A DNA stretch of 35,061 nucleotides from a virus (Duplodnaviria; Heunggongvirae; Uroviricota; Caudoviricetes). A program made the translations under genes and the position numbers. A model generated the notes under the pieces. That model made no database searches. It saw only the letters and a list, made by a program, of their open reading frames with translations, and was not told where the DNA came from. Positions 31,951 through 35,061 of the stretch are shown piece by piece (the first letter of the stretch is position 1; each line of letters starts with the position of its first letter). Where the stretch lies: IMG/VR virus record IMGVR_UViG_2654587570_000013, positions 1 through 35,061 of that record; one strand, written 5' to 3'.

Positions 31951-32946
31951 ATGAAAAATTCTAAGCGCATCACCTTCAACCTGTTTATTAAATCCAACGG
32001 CAAACTGAACATTACCGTCATGGAAGGTAAAGCAAGCAAACAAGACAAATCCTTTGAAGTAGTATCCGGTAAGACTCTGACCGAAATGCGTCAGAATGCT
32101 GGCATCAAAGACGGTGCTGAATGGCAGATCACTAACCGTTTCGACAAACGTCACGTTAAACCTACACTGGTAGAAGGTGAATCCGTTTATTGCTTCGCTC
32201 GTGCTGTTAAAGCCGATGAAACTTACTATCTCGCTGTTGTTAAAACTGCTTCCGGCTTCCGTGCTGTAATGCATCACAAGAGCAAGCGTAACGAATACGG
32301 CGTAGAGACCCAGGAAGTCGCAAAACGCTTCCGTACTGTTGCTACCGAATCCACTGTAAAGGATGTTTCTGGTACTGTTAACACCGCTAAAGGCGGTTCC
32401 TTCTACAACCACGCATTACAGGTTACTTCCTCCTTCTTCTGCAAAAAAGAAGCACAGAAAGAAGTTTCTCCGGTAGTAGTTGAAGAAGTTAAAGAAGAAG
32501 TTGCAGTGGTTGAATCTTCCGAAGTTGAAGCACTGAAAGCACGCATTGCTGAACTGGAAGCTGAAAACGCATCTCTGAAAGCTGAACTGGCAGCACAGGA
32601 AACCACTTTCGAAGTAGCAGCGGTTGAAGTTGAAGCAGTTGAAGAAAAATCCATTGATGAAGAACTGGAAGAACTCCTTAACTATCGCTGGGGTGTTGTT
32701 GCAGAAGTAGAACAAGAAGTTGCTCCGGTAGTTGTTCCGGTTGAAGTTGAAAAAGAATCCGCACCTGTTACTAACTTTGAATCCCTGCGCAATAACTTTA
32801 TGGCTAAATTCAAAACCACTTGGGAAGATACCGAAGAAGAACAAGAAGAGATTGAAGTAAACGAAGACGAGATCCGCGAAGCACAGATGGCACTGCATGA
32901 CGCTATCTACGACACCAACTACAGCGCCTACGCATACGCAGCTTAA
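31951..32946 (+). CDS. abundant-type acidic coiled-coil protein of unknown function (331 aa)
   Basis: AGGAG RBS. A basic N-terminal ~170 aa domain is followed by a coiled coil (ALKARIAELEAENASLKAELAAQE) and acidic V/E-rich repeats. Extreme codon optimisation leaves a single TTA/CTA/TCA-type codon (the TTA at 32416) across 31951-32946, keeping the antisense frame open. Confidence 0.75.
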   Translation: MKNSKRITFNLFIKSNGKLNITVMEGKASKQDKSFEVVSGKTLTEMRQNAGIKDGAEWQITNRFDKRHVKPTLVEGESVYCFARAVKADETYYLAVVKTASGFRAVMHHKSKRNEYGVETQEVAKRFRTVATESTVKDVSGTVNTAKGGSFYNHALQVTSSFFCKKEAQKEVSPVVVEEVKEEVAVVESSEVEALKARIAELEAENASLKAELAAQETTFEVAAVEVEAVEEKSIDEELEELLNYRWGVVAEVEQEVAPVVVPVEVEKESAPVTNFESLRNNFMAKFKTTWEDTEEEQEEIEVNEDEIREAQMALHDAIYDTNYSAYAYAA

Positions 32947-32961
32947 TAGAGGGGTGAATCT

Positions 32962-33204
32962 ATGATGAATCAAAACAAAGAATTTCTGGGTAATCTGATG
33001 TTAGAAATTACCAAAATGAAAGAAAGAATGGTAGCGATGGAATCAGAGATTAAAACTCTTAAAGCTGATAATAAGGCGTTGAGAAAGTCCTTAAAGCTGA
33101 TTGATGAGACTAATGCGGTTATGATGGATCATGTATTCCCTGAGTGGCGAAATGAAACTAAACCTACACAACATAAGAAACTTACACTTCGAATTGTTGC
33201 ATAA
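32962..33204 (+). CDS. small coiled-coil protein (80 aa)
   Basis: GAGGGG RBS. Heptad-rich MKERMVAMESEIKTLKADNKALRKSLKL. Confidence 0.6.
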   Translation: MMNQNKEFLGNLMLEITKMKERMVAMESEIKTLKADNKALRKSLKLIDETNAVMMDHVFPEWRNETKPTQHKKLTLRIVA

Positions 33205-33228
33205 AAAAAAGGGACTCCGAAGAGTCCC
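33203..33228 (-). terminator. intrinsic terminator (leftward)
   Basis: Minus strand reads GGGACTC-TTCG-GAGTCCC followed by TTTTTTTT. Confidence 0.7.
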
Positions 33229-33303
33229 TAGTAAGTTTAGGTTAGGTTTGCACAACAAAGATGAGGTTATAATGAACATAATGCTACATTATTCTTTAAA
33301 GCC

Positions 33304-33330
33304 AGAAAAATAACCGCCCCGAAGGGGCGG
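33304..33330 (-). terminator. intrinsic terminator (leftward)
   Basis: Minus strand reads CCGCCCC-TTC-GGGGCGG followed by TTATTTTT. Confidence 0.6.
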
Positions 33331-33479
33331 GAGGATTAATACTCAATCTATACTTGTTATGTTTTTGTGTTGTATGGATCACTGACTATGAAAACACTGT
33401 TTTTATGGCTTTTAATCGGGAACTCTCTTTCGAAAATTCCCTGTTAAAACCACATAAGGAGAAAAGGCAGATTACAATA

Positions 33480-33653
33480 TTATTTAGTGTCTGATTTATA
33501 GCAACTAAAAAGAATAAACAGGATTAAACATACCCAGCCGTAAGGCGTACCGATTAGAAATTTGAAAAACACCACCAGCGATATAAAAATCAATTTAATG
33601 CCAGCGACGATAGTCAAAAACAGCAGAGTAGCAAAGTAGACAAAAAGATCCAT
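33480..33653 (-). CDS. small multi-TM membrane protein, holin-like (57 aa)
   Basis: Hand-read ORF with an AGAGGA RBS. It has two or three hydrophobic segments and a charged C-terminus KSDTK. Confidence 0.45.
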   Translation of the reverse strand: MDLFVYFATLLFLTIVAGIKLIFISLVVFFKFLIGTPYGWVCLILFILFSCYKSDTK

Positions 33654-33706
33654 AGATAATCCTCTTTGAAAACGACCATCATCTATAGTTCAATTCATCG
33701 ATTTAA

Positions 33707-33808
33707 TTAATGATACTTGAAAGCATTACACACAGCAGAAATGCCAATGTGAGCAAATGAATATACGATAGTTAATCCTACAGCCAGATAAATCAAAAAT
33801 TCAACCAT
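33707..33808 (-). CDS. small single-TM peptide (33 aa)
   Basis: Hand-read ORF with a GAGGA RBS 7 nt upstream. Sequence MVEFLIYLAVGLTIVYSFAHIGISAVCNAFKYH. Confidence 0.35.
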   Translation of the reverse strand: MVEFLIYLAVGLTIVYSFAHIGISAVCNAFKYH

Positions 33809-33904
33809 AGGTAAATCCTCAAATAAGAAAAAGGTTAGCGGGGGATGTTCTCCCCCGTAGACGTTGACCATCAACATCTTTCATACATTTATTTATAACG
33901 CGTT

Positions 33905-34456
33905 TTAAGACACATCAAATTCATCGTCTTCTTCTGGTTCTTGTTCCGGTTCATCCATTAATGGTAATTCTTCTTCCTCGTCTTCTCCTAAATCCGCATT
34001 TTCGAACAAGTCCCCTACTTCATTTAAACGACGCTCGATGATCTCCCTTAGCTTATTCTTCAATGTTTTCTGGTCGGTGGCAGATTCAAGAATTTCTAAA
34101 GCGTCGATTGTGGCGATCTGCAAAATAGTCTGTTTCACCTTCCCGCAATATTCCGCTAGTTCCTGCTCAACATACCCGACCGGAATCAGGAGGTTCATTG
34201 CTTCCTGGTTCTCTCGTTCGGCTGCATCTGCTAATGCTCTCTCACGGCGTAATTTCTCTACGTCGATTTGTTCCTTGACAGTAGTTTCCCTGAGTGGACT
34301 GATGATATTTTTTGCTACCCACTCGGTCCCCTCTTTGAGTGGCACGCGGCGGGTATTGGTATTGTAAGGTAGTCCCCTTTCTAACCATTTCTTAGCGGCG
34401 TTAATTGTATAGCCGTATAAGCGGGAAATTTCTGTAAGGGTTAATTCTTCTTTCAT
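33905..34456 (-). CDS. terS: terminase small subunit, lambda Nu1-like (183 aa)
   Basis: AAGGAGG RBS. The N-terminal winged-HTH LTLTEISRLYGYTINAAKKWLERGLP and the VEKLRRE...ADAAERE helix resemble Nu1 as I remember it. The C-terminal tail is acidic. Confidence 0.6.
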   Translation of the reverse strand: MKEELTLTEISRLYGYTINAAKKWLERGLPYNTNTRRVPLKEGTEWVAKNIISPLRETTVKEQIDVEKLRRERALADAAERENQEAMNLLIPVGYVEQELAEYCGKVKQTILQIATIDALEILESATDQKTLKNKLREIIERRLNEVGDLFENADLGEDEEEELPLMDEPEQEPEEDDEFDVS

Positions 34457-34755
34457 CCGGTTATCCTCCTTTAAATTTGCGTAAAATTATTTATCTGATC
34501 TGCGCATTCAGGAGAGCGCCTAAAACGCTTTATAACGAAGGGAAAGATCGAGGCATGGAAAGGGATTGGCGTGTGTTAATAGTCGCGTAGCGACCGCGCT
34601 GGTGGGCTGCACTGCACCTGTTTTGAAATCTCACACGCACATCAAATACCGGGGTGCCGAAAACTCCCTTTATTTCACCCGTGGAACAGTACCTTTTGAT
34701 TTTGTCAAGTCTTTTTTATAAATAATCGAAAATATTTTTCACACGAGGGCAAATC

Positions 34756-35061
34756 ATGAAGACTAAAGATATTAAGATTGAATTTGAAACTGTTGATGAC
34801 GTTCGGGAACATCGCATTGATTCTACTGGCTGCATCTTCCAGCTTACTAACTCCCCTATTGGATTGATTATCTATGTAGCAGAAGATGACGTGTACGCTA
34901 TATGGGATGGACAGGATGAGTTTAAAGGCGGGAATAGCCATCTGATCAATACTCATGAGGGATTTGATCCGACTCCTGTCTGTATGCTTGCTTATCACGT
35001 AACACTGGATGAACTACCGGAAGCAAGCGCGCGTATCCGTAGAATGAAAGACATTAAGTGA
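34756..35061 (+). CDS. hypothetical protein (101 aa)
   Basis: GAGGG RBS 6 nt upstream. The ORF ends exactly at the window edge. It is preferred over the overlapping minus-strand ORF 34705..34998, which lacks an RBS. Confidence 0.55.
   Translation: MKTKDIKIEFETVDDVREHRIDSTGCIFQLTNSPIGLIIYVAEDDVYAIWDGQDEFKGGNSHLINTHEGFDPTPVCMLAYHVTLDELPEASARIRRMKDIK

Noticed and set aside
34705-34998. Minus-strand 97-aa ORF overlapping the 101-aa plus-strand ORF.
   Set aside because: It has no RBS. The plus-strand ORF has a GAGGG RBS at good spacing and ends exactly at the window boundary.

Overview
This window is a 35-kb slice of a tailed, siphovirus-type phage genome. Its RBS, sigma70-like promoters and codon usage fit an enterobacterial-type Gram-negative host. 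All calls rest on reading the sequence and ORF track by eye and on remembered family motifs; no searches were run. One leftward late operon (27601 down to 4172) encodes a GpA-type large terminase, a portal and a prohead-protease/scaffold/major-capsid fusion. It continues with connector proteins, a tail-tube paralog with a C-terminal extension, and a 1136-aa fibre ending in an S74 chaperone domain. Next come three tandem ~100-aa glycine-rich paralogs, the codon-optimised major tube, G/GT chaperones (-1 frame relation) and the tape measure. It ends with a lambda-like tip set (M/L/K positions plus a 1248-aa J-like protein), small membrane proteins and an M15 endolysin. The left end carries an accessory island: small hydrophobic peptides, a secreted 81-aa protein, a large serine recombinase and a GIY-YIG/T5orf172-like gene. 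Between terL and a Nu1-like terS lies a 6.3-kb mixed-orientation regulatory block. It holds a Rha-like regulator, a family of paralogous HTH modules and a very codon-optimised acidic 331-aa protein. It also holds a 1.2-kb ORF-free control region made of GC mini-hairpins with triloops, CCAATCCCTTTC boxes, eight AGTGTAGGTTT iterons, AT-rich palindromes, outward promoters and a terminator-laden leader. The best candidates for novelty are this control region, the triplicated fibre-associated paralogs, the duplicated tube-plus-fibre module and the split terS/terL arrangement.
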